Assembly (NCBI GenBank): GCA_015069415.1
Contig: SVIQ01000001.1
Coordinates: forward strand, 11,860-75,859
Length of the DNA: 64,000 nt
Reading direction: 5' to 3'
From: Clostridiales bacterium
GTDB lineage: Bacteria; Bacillota; Clostridia; Christensenellales; UBA1242
The position numbers and the translations under genes were made by a program. The notes beneath the pieces are model-generated. The model had not been told where the DNA came from. It saw only the letters and a program-made list of their open reading frames with translations, and made no database searches. How positions within the stretch are numbered: the first letter of the stretch is position 1; each line of letters starts with the position of its first letter. Shown here piece by piece: positions 47,213 to 57,456 of this stretch.

Positions 47213-49576
47213 ATGAAAAAAGATAATTTTTCTAATTTAAATTATTTTAAAAACTTAGATAAATATTTTAGAGCAACAAATTATTTATCAGTTGCTCAAC
47301 TTTACTTACTAGACAATCCTTTACTCAGAGATCATAAGTTAAATGAAAATGACATTAAGAAAAAATTAGTTGGACACTGGGGAACAATTCCTGGTCAAAA
47401 CTTTGTTTACGCTCACTGTAACAGAGCAATTAATAAATATGACTTAAATATGATTTTATTGTCAGGCCCAGGACATGGCGGAAACTTCTTTGTTGCAAAC
47501 AGTTACTTAGAAGGTGTTTACTCTGACTACTATCCAAAATGTTCAATGGACAAAGTTGGAATGAAAAATCTTTGCAAACAATTTTCTTTCCCTGGTGGAA
47601 TTGGTTCTCACTGCGTTCCTGAAACTCCAGGTTCAATCAACGAAGGTGGCGAATTAGGTTACTCTCTTGCTCACGGATTTGGTGCCGTTTTTGACAATCC
47701 AGATTTAATTGCAACCGTTATCGTTGGCGACGGAGAAGCTGAAACTGGACCTCTAGCAACATCATGGCACAGTATTAGATTTTTAAATCCAGTAACAGAC
47801 GGGGCTGTCCTTCCTATTCTACACTTGAACGGTTACAAGATCAGTAATCCAACCCTCCTTTCACGCCTACCAAAAACTCAACTTAAAAAGTTGCTTGAAG
47901 GTTATGGTTATGCTCCAGTATTTGTTGAAGGCGACAAACCAATGAATATGCATAAACTCATGGCTCAAGCTATGGATAAAGCTGTTGAAAGCATTAAATC
48001 CATTCAAGAAAATGCTAGAAACGGAAAAGTTAATGACAATATTATTTGGCCAATGATTGTTTTGAGAACACCAAAAGGCTGGACTGGTCCAAAAGTCGTT
48101 GATGGAAATATGGTTGAAAATTCATTTAGAGCTCACCAAATTCCTATCCCTATGACAAAGCCTGAACATATTGAAATTTTAGAAAAATGGCTACTTAGCT
48201 ACAAACCAGACGAATTATTTGATGAAAATTATCGTTTAAAACCTGAAATAGCTTCTCTTGCTCCAAAGGGAAACAGAAGAATATCGGCTAACCCAATTAC
48301 AAATGGTGGACTTTTACTAAAAGAACTTAAAACTCCAAACATTGACAAACTCGGACTTAAATTCAAAGGTCACGGGACAATTCAAGCTCAAGATATGCTA
48401 GTTTTAGGGGAATACATTAAAAGATTGTTTGAACTAAACAAGAAAAATAAAAATTACCGAATATTCAGTCCAGACGAAGCGATGAGCAACAGACTTTACA
48501 AAGCATTTGAAGTTGAAAACAGAAGTTTCAATGCAAAAATTTTACCAACTGATGAAAAACTTTCTAAAGACGGAAGAATCATGGATTCATTCTTATCTGA
48601 ACATATGTGCGAAGGTTGGTTGGAAGGATATTTGCTCACTGGTAGACACGGATTGTTTGACAGTTACGAAGCATTCATTCGCGTTGTCGACAGTATGGTT
48701 GCGCAACACGCTAAATGGCTCAAAGTTTGCAACGAAATCGAATGGAGAAAACCTATTTCTTCTCTAAACTTAATTTTAACAAGTAATGTTTGGCAACAAG
48801 ACCACAATGGATTTACTCATCAAGATCCTGGATTTATTGATCATATTGCAAACAAAAAAGCGGACGTTGTAAGAGTCTACTTACCTGCTGATGCCAACTG
48901 CCTACTCTCTTGCTACGACCACTGTGCAAAAAGTAAAAATTACGTAAATGTTATTACAGCTTCAAAACACCCAACTTACCAATGGTTAAGCATTGAAGAA
49001 GCAAAAGAACATTGCTTTAAAGGTGCTAGCGTTTGGGAATGGGCATGCTTAAATGATTACAGTAAACCTGACGTTGTCATTGCTTCATGTGGCGACACTG
49101 CAACAGTTGAGTCGCTTGCTACAGTAAAACTCATTAAAGAATATTTACCAAATCTCAATGTAAGATTTGTAAACGTTGTTGATTTAATGAAACTTGTGTC
49201 AAACAAATCACACCCTCATGGATTGACAGACGCTGAATATGACAAGATATTCACAAAAGATACTCCAATCATATTCAACTTCCACGGTTACCCTCAGTTA
49301 ATTCACACTTTAACATATAACAGACACAATCAAAATCTTCATGTTTCAGGCTACAACGAAGAAGGAACAATTACCACTTCTTTCGACATGCGTGTATTAA
49401 ACAAAACTGACAGATTTAATCAAATGCTTAAAGTTTTAAAATACATTGACATTTCAAAAGAAAAGTCTCAAGAACTCACTAAAATCTTTAAGAACAAACT
49501 TAAAGAACACTATTCTTATATTCGTGAATATGGAATAGACTTGCCAGAAATCAGAAACTGGAACTGGAACGATTAA
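47213..49576 (+). CDS. xfp: xylulose-5-phosphate/fructose-6-phosphate phosphoketolase
   Basis: About 790 aa with GHWGT, EGGELGYSL and GDGEAETGP ThDP-binding motifs. ATG at 47213 follows AAGGGG. Confidence 0.9.
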   Translation: MKKDNFSNLNYFKNLDKYFRATNYLSVAQLYLLDNPLLRDHKLNENDIKKKLVGHWGTIPGQNFVYAHCNRAINKYDLNMILLSGPGHGGNFFVANSYLEGVYSDYYPKCSMDKVGMKNLCKQFSFPGGIGSHCVPETPGSINEGGELGYSLAHGFGAVFDNPDLIATVIVGDGEAETGPLATSWHSIRFLNPVTDGAVLPILHLNGYKISNPTLLSRLPKTQLKKLLEGYGYAPVFVEGDKPMNMHKLMAQAMDKAVESIKSIQENARNGKVNDNIIWPMIVLRTPKGWTGPKVVDGNMVENSFRAHQIPIPMTKPEHIEILEKWLLSYKPDELFDENYRLKPEIASLAPKGNRRISANPITNGGLLLKELKTPNIDKLGLKFKGHGTIQAQDMLVLGEYIKRLFELNKKNKNYRIFSPDEAMSNRLYKAFEVENRSFNAKILPTDEKLSKDGRIMDSFLSEHMCEGWLEGYLLTGRHGLFDSYEAFIRVVDSMVAQHAKWLKVCNEIEWRKPISSLNLILTSNVWQQDHNGFTHQDPGFIDHIANKKADVVRVYLPADANCLLSCYDHCAKSKNYVNVITASKHPTYQWLSIEEAKEHCFKGASVWEWACLNDYSKPDVVIASCGDTATVESLATVKLIKEYLPNLNVRFVNVVDLMKLVSNKSHPHGLTDAEYDKIFTKDTPIIFNFHGYPQLIHTLTYNRHNQNLHVSGYNEEGTITTSFDMRVLNKTDRFNQMLKVLKYIDISKEKSQELTKIFKNKLKEHYSYIREYGIDLPEIRNWNWND

Positions 49577-49606
49577 AAAAAGGACGCTTAAATGCGTCCT
49601 TTTTTA
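49575..49606. terminator. bidirectional terminator
   Basis: AGGACGC/GCGTCCT hairpin flanked by an A-run and a T-run. Confidence 0.8.
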
Positions 49607-49607
49607 C

Positions 49608-49946
49608 TTAATCAACTTCTTCATGTTGTTCTGGATACCATGCTGGAGCACAAGGTATTCCCAACCTAAATTTTCCTTGCCAGTAGTATTTTTCATTTTT
49701 ATCAATTAGCACAACGTCATCTTGCTTTAATTGATACTTTTTCCCTTCAACAACTAAGACACCAGAACCACTTAAAACATGAGCCATTTCTTTGCATTTG
49801 CGATTTATTGCCCATTTTTCTAATGGAAATCTGCCATCAATGTCTACTATGCAATAATTTATATCTTTGTCTTCAATGTTATATTCGTAAGTCTTGTTTG
49901 TAGGTCCAACAAATAACTCAGCATCTTTAAAACTTTTATAAATCAT
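49608..49946 (-). CDS. cupin-domain protein
   Basis: Small beta-barrel-like sequence (EMAHVLSGSGVLVVEGKKYQLKQDDVVLI). ATG at 49946 follows GAGGTTGGAG. Confidence 0.5.
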   Translation of the reverse strand: MIYKSFKDAELFVGPTNKTYEYNIEDKDINYCIVDIDGRFPLEKWAINRKCKEMAHVLSGSGVLVVEGKKYQLKQDDVVLIDKNEKYYWQGKFRLGIPCAPAWYPEQHEEVD

Positions 49947-50029
49947 ACTCCAACCTCTTGTTTTCATTATACCATAAAATAAAAAGATTTGTATCAAAAA
50001 ATACTTTTTTAAAAAGTATTTTTCTTAAT

Positions 50030-51100
50030 TTATTTTTCTTTATTTTTTCTTTTAAAGTGTACAATTAAACCCGCAACCAAGAAACCTAATCCAACAACTA
50101 AGAGTGTTGCCCAAATAATGTAATGAATGTTTCTATCTATCATACCATTTGCAGAAGTCCAAACAGACAAATCTGCTTTCATAATATTCATGTCGTCAAA
50201 CATTTCTCCTCTAATTGATGGATTATCGTAAAGTCTAAAAAATTGAGGTAGTCCTAAATATAAGAACATATTTGTTAACAAAAGTACAAAACTTGTTTTG
50301 AGAAGACCATTAACTTTGATGAATTTAATTGACATTAGCAAATTCAAGAAAACATAGAATACTGAAGAGATAGGTAACGCATATTTAATGTACCAACCAT
50401 GAGTCGCGTAGCCATTTGATACTGAATAGATTTCAATTGCTAAAAGCATAATGTTAAGAACAACAAAGTCAATTCCAACTAGTACAAATTCTTTGTATTT
50501 CTTTAATTTTTCAAAAATTTTGTACTTTGAAATGTAAATTGGCATAAATATAATAACTAATCCTAACAAAACTGGTAATGTTGCAACAAAGAACCAATCC
50601 CCTTTTGTGTAAATGCAACAAGTCATAAGCAAAACACAAAGTGATGCAAACATGCTAAGTGGCACAAATATTAGCTTATGTTTATTAATTAACTTTGGTA
50701 AGTTTGTAAACGAAAATGCGAGTAATAATGCTGACGCTACAATCCAAAACCAAGAAAGAGTTTTATCTATTGCTAAGTTACAAATGAAGCAAGGAATTAG
50801 AGCAACAGCATAAGCAATGTAGAAGAACAAACTCCACGACACACTAAACGCTCTCCATTTCTTTGCTTGAGATTTTTCTTCTCTTGTTTTTTTATCAACA
50901 CTAGCCGTAATCAATTCGTGTTCGGTCACTCCTAAAATTTCACTTAACTTTGGAAGTAATGTTATGTCAGGGTGAGCCACATCTTTTTCCCACTTACTAA
51001 CCGCCGATTCTGTGACAAACAATTTGTTAGCCAATTCTTTTTGAGTCAAGTTTTTTTCTTGTCTTTTAGATTTTAAAAAATCTCCAAAACTATTTTCCAT
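50030..51100 (-). CDS. XRE-family HTH fused to a polytopic membrane domain
   Basis: N-terminal LTQKELANKLFVTESAVSKWE followed by about 8 TM helices. Confidence 0.6.
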   Translation of the reverse strand: MENSFGDFLKSKRQEKNLTQKELANKLFVTESAVSKWEKDVAHPDITLLPKLSEILGVTEHELITASVDKKTREEKSQAKKWRAFSVSWSLFFYIAYAVALIPCFICNLAIDKTLSWFWIVASALLLAFSFTNLPKLINKHKLIFVPLSMFASLCVLLMTCCIYTKGDWFFVATLPVLLGLVIIFMPIYISKYKIFEKLKKYKEFVLVGIDFVVLNIMLLAIEIYSVSNGYATHGWYIKYALPISSVFYVFLNLLMSIKFIKVNGLLKTSFVLLLTNMFLYLGLPQFFRLYDNPSIRGEMFDDMNIMKADLSVWTSANGMIDRNIHYIIWATLLVVGLGFLVAGLIVHFKRKNKEK

Positions 51101-51223
51101 AAATTTCTCCTTTTCTTGACTAAATTATATCACGCCCAAATAAAAATTTTCTACTATTTTTTCAAATTTCCTACTTGAAAAACATTCAAGTTGATTTTTT
51201 AATAAATTTCATGTTGAAATTAT

Positions 51224-51249
51224 TAAAAAATTAGGACTATTTCCTAATT
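51224..51249 (-). terminator. recR terminator
   Basis: ATTAGGA/TCCTAAT hairpin with a T-run on the minus strand. Confidence 0.65.
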
Positions 51250-51256
51250 TTCTTTT

Positions 51257-51850
51257 TTACATTTCGCGTCTTGATGAAAGAGCTTTAGATAAAGTTACCG
51301 CATCTGTAAATTCCAACTCACTTCCCATAGCAACTCCTTGAGCAATACGAGTTACTTTTACACCTAACGGTTTAAGAAGATTTGCAATATACATAGCAGT
51401 TGCCTCTCCTTCAACATCTGGATTTGTTGCTACAATTACTTCTTTAATTCCTTCTTCGCTAACACGAGTTAAAAGCGAACGAACATTAATGTCATTAGGT
51501 CCTTTTCCTTCCAAAGGATTAATTACGCCATGAAGCACATGGTATGTTCCATTAAACTCTCTAACCTTTTCCATTGCCGTTACATCTTTTGGCTCTTTTA
51601 CAACACAAACAATCGGCTCTTTCTTTGGATTAGAGCAAATATCACAAATTTCTTTGTCTGTAAAATTTGAACAAACTTTACATGTATGGATACATTCTTT
51701 TGCCATAATGCACGCGTCTGCAAAATCTCTAACCTCTTGTTCACTCATTGTAAGTAAATGATAAGCAAAACGTTGTGCCGTCTTTTTACCAACAGATGGA
51801 AGACGAGAAAATTCGTTAACGAGTCTTTCCATTGAGTCAATCTGATTCAT
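51257..51850 (-). CDS. recR: recombination protein RecR
   Basis: HhH motif LPSVGKKTAQRFAYHLL, a C4 zinc finger (CKVCSNF..CDICS) and a Toprim domain. Confidence 0.9.
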   Translation of the reverse strand: MNQIDSMERLVNEFSRLPSVGKKTAQRFAYHLLTMSEQEVRDFADACIMAKECIHTCKVCSNFTDKEICDICSNPKKEPIVCVVKEPKDVTAMEKVREFNGTYHVLHGVINPLEGKGPNDINVRSLLTRVSEEGIKEVIVATNPDVEGEATAMYIANLLKPLGVKVTRIAQGVAMGSELEFTDAVTLSKALSSRREM

Positions 51851-52173
51851 TAGAACATTCCACCCATTCCGCCCATAGGCATTTTGTCTTTACTCATTTC
51901 ATCAGCCTTAGCGCTTGCGTCATTGATTGCAACGATCAACAAATCTTCAAGCATTTCAACGTCGTCAGGGTCTACTGCAGTTTTGTCTAGTTTAATAGAC
52001 TTAATTTCTTTTTTACCGTTCATAACAACAGTTACCATTTCACCGCCTGCTTTTCCAATCACTTCTGCGTTTTCTAATTCTTCTTGAGCTTTTAACATTT
52101 GCTCTTGCATTTTTCTTGCTTGTTGCATAAGGGCGTTCATATTCATTCCGCCACCAAATCCACCGTATGCCAT
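51850..52173 (-). CDS. ybaB: YbaB/EbfC nucleoid-associated protein
   Basis: 107 aa with Gly/Met-rich termini, in the conserved dnaX-ybaB-recR order. Confidence 0.85.
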   Translation of the reverse strand: MAYGGFGGGMNMNALMQQARKMQEQMLKAQEELENAEVIGKAGGEMVTVVMNGKKEIKSIKLDKTAVDPDDVEMLEDLLIVAINDASAKADEMSKDKMPMGGMGGMF

Positions 52174-52176
52174 AAT

Positions 52177-53673
52177 CTACTCCTTAAATTTAATTTTGTC
52201 TTTAAATATTTCTTTTAAATTGTCTTTAATGTCTTGCTTTGATGCTGTTGATTTATCATATTCAACTTTAACTTCGGCAATGCTATCATCAAATAAATTT
52301 ACTACTTTTAATATTACATTAAGTCGTTCTGCATTGTCAATCAATTCGAAGCTACTTAAATCATTTGTGTAAATAATCAACTTGTTTACTAGTCTTTCTA
52401 CTTTAACAACACTCATCAAAGCATTGGACAAAGCAAACATGTTTCTCTCTTTAATTTTGATTAAAACATTTCCCCAGATTTTGTCCATTTCGTCGCTAAC
52501 AACCGCTTCAACCTTCTTCTCTTCTACTTTCACTTGTTGAACAGGTTGATAACTTTGTTGCACAGGTTGAACATTTTGAACTACATTTACAACCGGTTTT
52601 TCAATTAAAGATAAACATGTTGCTTCAAACAAGTTTTCAGGATTTAAACTGTACTTTAAATTTAATTCAGTTTCACTAAACTTAGTGAATGCACGTTTTA
52701 AAAATTCTAAATCAAAGTTTTTACTTGTTTCTGAAAAGTTTGCAAACTCTCCAGGAAGAATGTCAAGAACGGCATAATCTGTAACACCTACTTTAATCAT
52801 TATTAAAGTTTTAATGTAATCAGCCATTTCTTTACATAAAACTTGAATGTTTTTGCCTGTTCCCAAAGCTCTTTTAATTGCAACGAACATTTCATTTAAA
52901 TTTTCATTGGTTAGATTTATTAAAATCTCTTTTATGCTATCCTTGCTAGACAAGCCAATAACCTGTTCTGCCATTTCATGTGTGATTTTGTAATCACAGA
53001 ATGACGCAACACTATCTGCAATAGACAAAGTGTCACGAACACTTCCTTCTCCAGCTTTTGCAATTAAATGAAGACTTTTTTCGTCATATGTTATACCCTT
53101 TTTGTCAAACACATACTTTACTTGTTCAATCAATGTTGAAAGCGGAAGTAATTTAAAATCAAAACGTGTACAACGCGACAAAATTGTTGCCGGCAACTTG
53201 TGAATCTCTGTCGTGGCCAGGATGAAAATCACGTGCTTTGGCGGTTCTTCAAGAGTTTTAAGTAATGCATTAAAAGCACTATCTGTTAACATATGAACTT
53301 CGTCAATAATATAAACTTTATATTTACCAATCAATGGAGGAAAACTAACCTTTTCTCTAAGATCACGAATTTCCTCAACTCTGTTGTTACTAGCAGCATC
53401 TATTTCAATTATATCTGTGTTTGTTTCACTAAGAGCAACACACTCTGCGCACATATCGCAAGGATTTCCATCTTTACTGTGTGTACAGTTTACCGCTTTT
53501 GCAAAAATTTTTGCTGTACTAGTTTTTCCCGTTCCTCTTGGTCCACAGAACAAATATGCATGAGTAAGCCTGTCTAATTTTATTTGATTTTTTAAAGTTT
53601 TGACAATATAATCTTGACCTATAACTTCATCAAAATTTTTAGGTCTAAATTCACGATACAATGCTAAATTCAT
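52177..53673 (-). CDS. dnaX: DNA polymerase III subunit gamma/tau
   Basis: GPRGTGKTS Walker A, a CxxC Zn module (CDMCAEC), IIDEVHML and the SRC motif. Confidence 0.9.
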   Translation of the reverse strand: MNLALYREFRPKNFDEVIGQDYIVKTLKNQIKLDRLTHAYLFCGPRGTGKTSTAKIFAKAVNCTHSKDGNPCDMCAECVALSETNTDIIEIDAASNNRVEEIRDLREKVSFPPLIGKYKVYIIDEVHMLTDSAFNALLKTLEEPPKHVIFILATTEIHKLPATILSRCTRFDFKLLPLSTLIEQVKYVFDKKGITYDEKSLHLIAKAGEGSVRDTLSIADSVASFCDYKITHEMAEQVIGLSSKDSIKEILINLTNENLNEMFVAIKRALGTGKNIQVLCKEMADYIKTLIMIKVGVTDYAVLDILPGEFANFSETSKNFDLEFLKRAFTKFSETELNLKYSLNPENLFEATCLSLIEKPVVNVVQNVQPVQQSYQPVQQVKVEEKKVEAVVSDEMDKIWGNVLIKIKERNMFALSNALMSVVKVERLVNKLIIYTNDLSSFELIDNAERLNVILKVVNLFDDSIAEVKVEYDKSTASKQDIKDNLKEIFKDKIKFKE

Positions 53674-54266
53674 GATATGTCTCCTTTTATTGCCTTTATT
53701 TTTTTCTTAATTGCTTGAAGAGAATTGTCTACTTGCTTTGTTGTCATGTTAAATTCTTCACCAATTGCCACATAACTTACTCCTTGCAAGAATTTGGAAA
53801 GAATTGCAAATTGTTCTTCTGTTAAAACATTTTTAATTTTTGTCATAATATCATCATTAAATTCTTTATCCATAAACATTTTTTCAACATTACTTTCATC
53901 GTCGACAATTACCAAACTAGACTTTTCATCCATAGACCCATCAAAGTACTTAATAGGAAGATACTCGTTCAGCGGTGAATTCTTTTTTCTGTTTGCAAGT
54001 TTTACAGCATTTTGAAGTTGACGATGAATGCAAAGAGAAGCAAAGGCACTAAAGTTTTTATTTTTTGTTTCATCGTAAACTTTTATCGCTTTGTACAAAC
54101 CAATAATTCCCTCTTGAATTAAATCGTCGTAACCACCGCCAATTAGGAAATACTCACGTGCAATAGCACTAACCTTAGGCATATATTGTCTTAAGATTTG
54201 TTCCATTGCATCATCATCTCCACCTTGCGCTTTTACAATCAATTCATTGACTTCAATTTCGTCCAA
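53670..54266 (-). CDS. sigH: sigma-70 family factor, SigH-like
   Basis: Region 2 reads DLIQEGIIGLYKAIKVYD. A region 4 HTH is present. It follows mrnC-rlmB as in the Bacillota sigH neighbourhood. Confidence 0.65.
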   Translation of the reverse strand: MDEIEVNELIVKAQGGDDDAMEQILRQYMPKVSAIAREYFLIGGGYDDLIQEGIIGLYKAIKVYDETKNKNFSAFASLCIHRQLQNAVKLANRKKNSPLNEYLPIKYFDGSMDEKSSLVIVDDESNVEKMFMDKEFNDDIMTKIKNVLTEEQFAILSKFLQGVSYVAIGEEFNMTTKQVDNSLQAIKKKIKAIKGDIS

Positions 54267-54986
54267 CTAATTACTCCTTTGTCTAACAACTTCGTAAACC
54301 GCCACCGCACACGCATTTGATGCATTCAAACTGTTCACTTCTCCATACATATCAAGGGACACAATTTCATCACAGTTTTCACCAACCAAACGTGAAATTC
54401 CTTTACCCTCGCTACCAACAACTATTGCAGTAGGATACGAAAAATCACATTGGTAAATTTTTTTGTTTCCAGCCTCTAAGCCGTAAACCCAAACACCTTG
54501 ATTTTTTAGTTCGTTGATTGTTCTTGTTAAATTTGTTACTTTCACTATATTCATATAAGACACAGCACCTGCACTAGTCTTGTAAACAGTGTCGTTAACT
54601 TCGCATGCTCTGTTTTCTGGAATGATTACTCCATGAACCCCTGCACATTCGCAAGTTCTAATGATTGCACCAAGATTGTGCGGGTCACTAATTCCGTCTA
54701 ATATTACAATGAAAGGTTTTTCGCCCTTTCTTTCTGCTGTAAGCATAATATCTTTAACTTCTACATACTTGAAATTAGGAATAAAAGCCACAACTCCTTG
54801 AGTTTTCCCTTTTGCAATGCGCTCTAAATCGTTTTGACTTACTTGCTCAATAGGAACACCCTTGCTGTTTGCCATGTCCATAATTTTTAGTATTTCTTTG
54901 TTGTTAGATTTTTCAACAATAACTTTATCTATTCTTGTCTTAGAATTTAACAATTCCCTAACAACATTAATTCCTTCAACTAACAT
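54267..54986 (-). CDS. rlmB: 23S rRNA 2'-O-methyltransferase, SpoU/TrmH family (RlmB-like)
   Basis: SpoU motifs: DGISDPHNLGAIIRT, VVGSEGKGIS and NASNACAVAVYE. Confidence 0.8.
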   Translation of the reverse strand: MLVEGINVVRELLNSKTRIDKVIVEKSNNKEILKIMDMANSKGVPIEQVSQNDLERIAKGKTQGVVAFIPNFKYVEVKDIMLTAERKGEKPFIVILDGISDPHNLGAIIRTCECAGVHGVIIPENRACEVNDTVYKTSAGAVSYMNIVKVTNLTRTINELKNQGVWVYGLEAGNKKIYQCDFSYPTAIVVGSEGKGISRLVGENCDEIVSLDMYGEVNSLNASNACAVAVYEVVRQRSN

Positions 54987-55372
54987 AATTTTTTCTCCAC
55001 AAATTCTTTAAACATATTGTCCAGTTTTTCTTTTTGTTCAGTCAAGTACCAATACCCAACTAATGTTTCAAGTTGAGTAGCTAAACTATATTCTTCATGT
55101 GTGCTATTTTTTGCAATATTATTTAAATGAGAATTTCTTGCTCTACGAACAATGTCGCTTTCTTCTTCATTTAATGTATCTTTTAAATTTCTTAAAATTT
55201 CCGCTTGATAACTTGCTTTTACAACGCTATTTGCTAATTTGTTCAAATTGTTAGGCTTAGAATCATTGTTTTTTAGCAACCATTCTCTAACCATCAATGT
55301 AAAAACAGCATCTCCTAAAAAAGCAAGCGACAAAACATTTTTCAAATTATAATTATTGTTTTCGCTATTCAT
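54980..55372 (-). CDS. mrnC: mini-ribonuclease III
   Basis: LAFLGDAVFTLMVREWL (RNase III signature). ATG at 55372 gives about 130 aa; the track's 38-aa N-terminal extension is unlikely. Confidence 0.7.
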   Translation of the reverse strand: MNSENNNYNLKNVLSLAFLGDAVFTLMVREWLLKNNDSKPNNLNKLANSVVKASYQAEILRNLKDTLNEEESDIVRRARNSHLNNIAKNSTHEEYSLATQLETLVGYWYLTEQKEKLDNMFKEFVEKKLC

Positions 55373-55471
55373 ACTAAGAATATAACACAGAATCGAAAAA
55401 AAGTAAAGAAGTTGTTTAATTTCTTTGACAATTTTGTTTAAATTCAGTATGCTAATATTAGGAGTTAAAAA

Positions 55472-55990
55472 GTGGAATTTATTCAAAAGATGAAAAAAAG
55501 AGAGTTCTTTGAAATGACTCTCAAAGCATTAGCTGGTTTCATAGCAGGATTTATTGCTATTATTCTAATGGAAGCTATGATTTATGGAATTCAGTTAAAC
55601 AGTTTAAAAAAGAATGGAACTATGTCGGTTTCTCAAGACAATATTACTAAAATTTATTGTGTTGAAGAGTCTAAAGGAAAGTATTATGCCTTCTTCTACA
55701 ATGAAGATGCAAAAAAGAATGGAGCTTCTTCTGATTGGTCATGTAAAGGTGAAACTTTGTACACTAAAGAACAATTAAACAAGTACAAAGAACGTAACAT
55801 TGAAGTTATTTATCATGCTCCAAGTGCTTTCGATTTTTCAATTACAAAAACTCATTATGTTGCAATGACCTTGTTTATTTCTGGAATCGCAGGAATTTTC
55901 ACATATCAATTTATTAATTTACACAAAGAGTACAAGAAAATTGAAGAACATTACAAAAAAACAGGTGAAATTTTAATTTCGAATATGTAA
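55472..55990 (+). CDS. hypothetical membrane protein
   Basis: GTG start after AGGAG; TM helices at both the N and C termini. Confidence 0.45.
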   Translation: MEFIQKMKKREFFEMTLKALAGFIAGFIAIILMEAMIYGIQLNSLKKNGTMSVSQDNITKIYCVEESKGKYYAFFYNEDAKKNGASSDWSCKGETLYTKEQLNKYKERNIEVIYHAPSAFDFSITKTHYVAMTLFISGIAGIFTYQFINLHKEYKKIEEHYKKTGEILISNM

Positions 55991-56013
55991 AAAAGGACAT
56001 GTGTCCTTTTTTT
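55991..56013 (+). terminator. terminator
   Basis: AGGACA/TGTCCT hairpin followed by a T-run. Confidence 0.75.
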
Positions 56014-56086
56014 GTTAAAAAGATTGACAAAATGACAATTTGAAGTTACAATAATAGTATTAACAAATTAAAAAGGGGTGACGAAA

Positions 56087-56605
56087 ATGTTAAAAATTAC
56101 TAGAAAACAAAAATTAAGAGCAATTATTGAAGAAGTTAAAAAAGCTATGAAAAACGACTTATTTGTTTATAGATCATCTAAATCTGAAACAAAACAAGCT
56201 TATACAAATTTACTTAACGGATATAAAAATAGCAAAATATCTCAATCAATTAAAACATATGTTGAAAATTTCAATAATATTAACCATGATGGAAAATATG
56301 TTGAACTTTCAGACGAATTTGCAGAACTTTTAGAAAAATGGATGAAAGCCAGAGAGTCATTGGAAACCAAAGTTAGAAATTTGAAAGAAATTTATTCTCC
56401 AAATACTGACATTCAAGAAACTCAAAGATTAGCTCTTACTGGTGGTGGTTACGAAACAAAAACTATCATTAAAAACAAAACTAACTATACTGACTTTATC
56501 TCATCAAATAATGATGTAACTTGGCAATTAAGTAACGGCGTAAGAAGTTTAGATGCTAAAAAAGAACATGGCCAAAATTCTTGGATGTATGATATGATGC
56601 CTTAA
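56087..56605 (+). CDS. hypothetical protein
   Basis: ATG at 56087 follows AAAGGGG; no motif recognised. Confidence 0.45.
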   Translation: MLKITRKQKLRAIIEEVKKAMKNDLFVYRSSKSETKQAYTNLLNGYKNSKISQSIKTYVENFNNINHDGKYVELSDEFAELLEKWMKARESLETKVRNLKEIYSPNTDIQETQRLALTGGGYETKTIIKNKTNYTDFISSNNDVTWQLSNGVRSLDAKKEHGQNSWMYDMMP

Positions 56606-56610
56606 TGATT

Positions 56611-56637
56611 AAAAAAAGCCCATTCGGGCTTTTTTTA
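56611..56637. terminator. bidirectional terminator
   Basis: AAGCCC/GGGCTT hairpin flanked by an A-run and a T-run. Confidence 0.8.
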
Positions 56638-57096
56638 ATTTAAAATCCATAATGCTAAATTTAATGCCGTTGCAACACTTACCCATATTGGATAAATTGA
56701 AACTATTAAACCATAAACATATTTCTTTTTGAAGATTTCACTTACTAAAACATAAGCAAAGATTAAATTGAAAATAATGAAGATTAGTCCGCCCAACGTT
56801 TGATTCAATGTAAAGAAGATTAAACACCAAAGAACATTTAAAATTCCATTAATGATAATCAAAACATAAAGCTTTTTATCAATTAAACCTTCGCTTTCCA
56901 TTCTCCAAAGAATAATTGCAAAAGTTAAATAAATCACAGACCAAACAATTGGTATTAATTCATTTGGAATCCACTGTGTAGGAACACGTAAAGAATTAAA
57001 CCATTCCATTCCGATATTTACAAAAACACTACCTAAAACTGCAACTAAAATAATTCCTGCAACTATTAAAATTCTATTTCTTAATTTTGTATTCAT
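56635..57096 (-). CDS. tspO: TspO/MBR family tryptophan-rich sensory protein
   Basis: Five TM helices, a Trp-rich sequence (MEWFNSLRVPTQWIP...VWSVIY), about 150 aa. Confidence 0.65.
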   Translation of the reverse strand: MNTKLRNRILIVAGIILVAVLGSVFVNIGMEWFNSLRVPTQWIPNELIPIVWSVIYLTFAIILWRMESEGLIDKKLYVLIIINGILNVLWCLIFFTLNQTLGGLIFIIFNLIFAYVLVSEIFKKKYVYGLIVSIYPIWVSVATALNLALWILN

Positions 57097-57151
57097 ATTC
57101 TATCTTATGCTTGTCTAATTCCATTTATTCGTAAAACAAAAAAGAGAACAT

Positions 57152-57379
57152 TCAATTCTCTCTTCCTAACAAAAAATCTGTTGTAACATTAAAATAATTT
57201 GCAAGTTTGTCTAACGAATCAATTTGTGGCACACTTTTTTTAGACATCCATGTAGAAATTGTTGTTCTAGGAATTCCTGTTTCACTGGCTAAAAAAGTAA
57301 TCTTAGTGATTCCTTTTTCATACATAAGTTCTCTAAGAATTTCCACAAATTTATCACGTATTTCACTTATTGTTCTCAT
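57152..57379 (-). CDS. XRE-family HTH transcriptional regulator
   Basis: ITKITFLASETGIPRTTISTWMSKK helix-turn-helix, 75 aa. Confidence 0.7.
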   Translation of the reverse strand: MRTISEIRDKFVEILRELMYEKGITKITFLASETGIPRTTISTWMSKKSVPQIDSLDKLANYFNVTTDFLLGREN

Positions 57380-57416
57380 CTACAATTATTCTACAACAAA
57401 GTTTAGAAAAAATCAA

Positions 57417-57444
57417 ACAAAAAAGGCATAAGAAACATTTCTTA
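57417..57444 (-). terminator. leuS terminator
   Basis: TAAGAAA/TTTCTTA hairpin with a T-run on the minus strand. Confidence 0.65.
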
Positions 57445-57456
57445 CACCTATTTTTA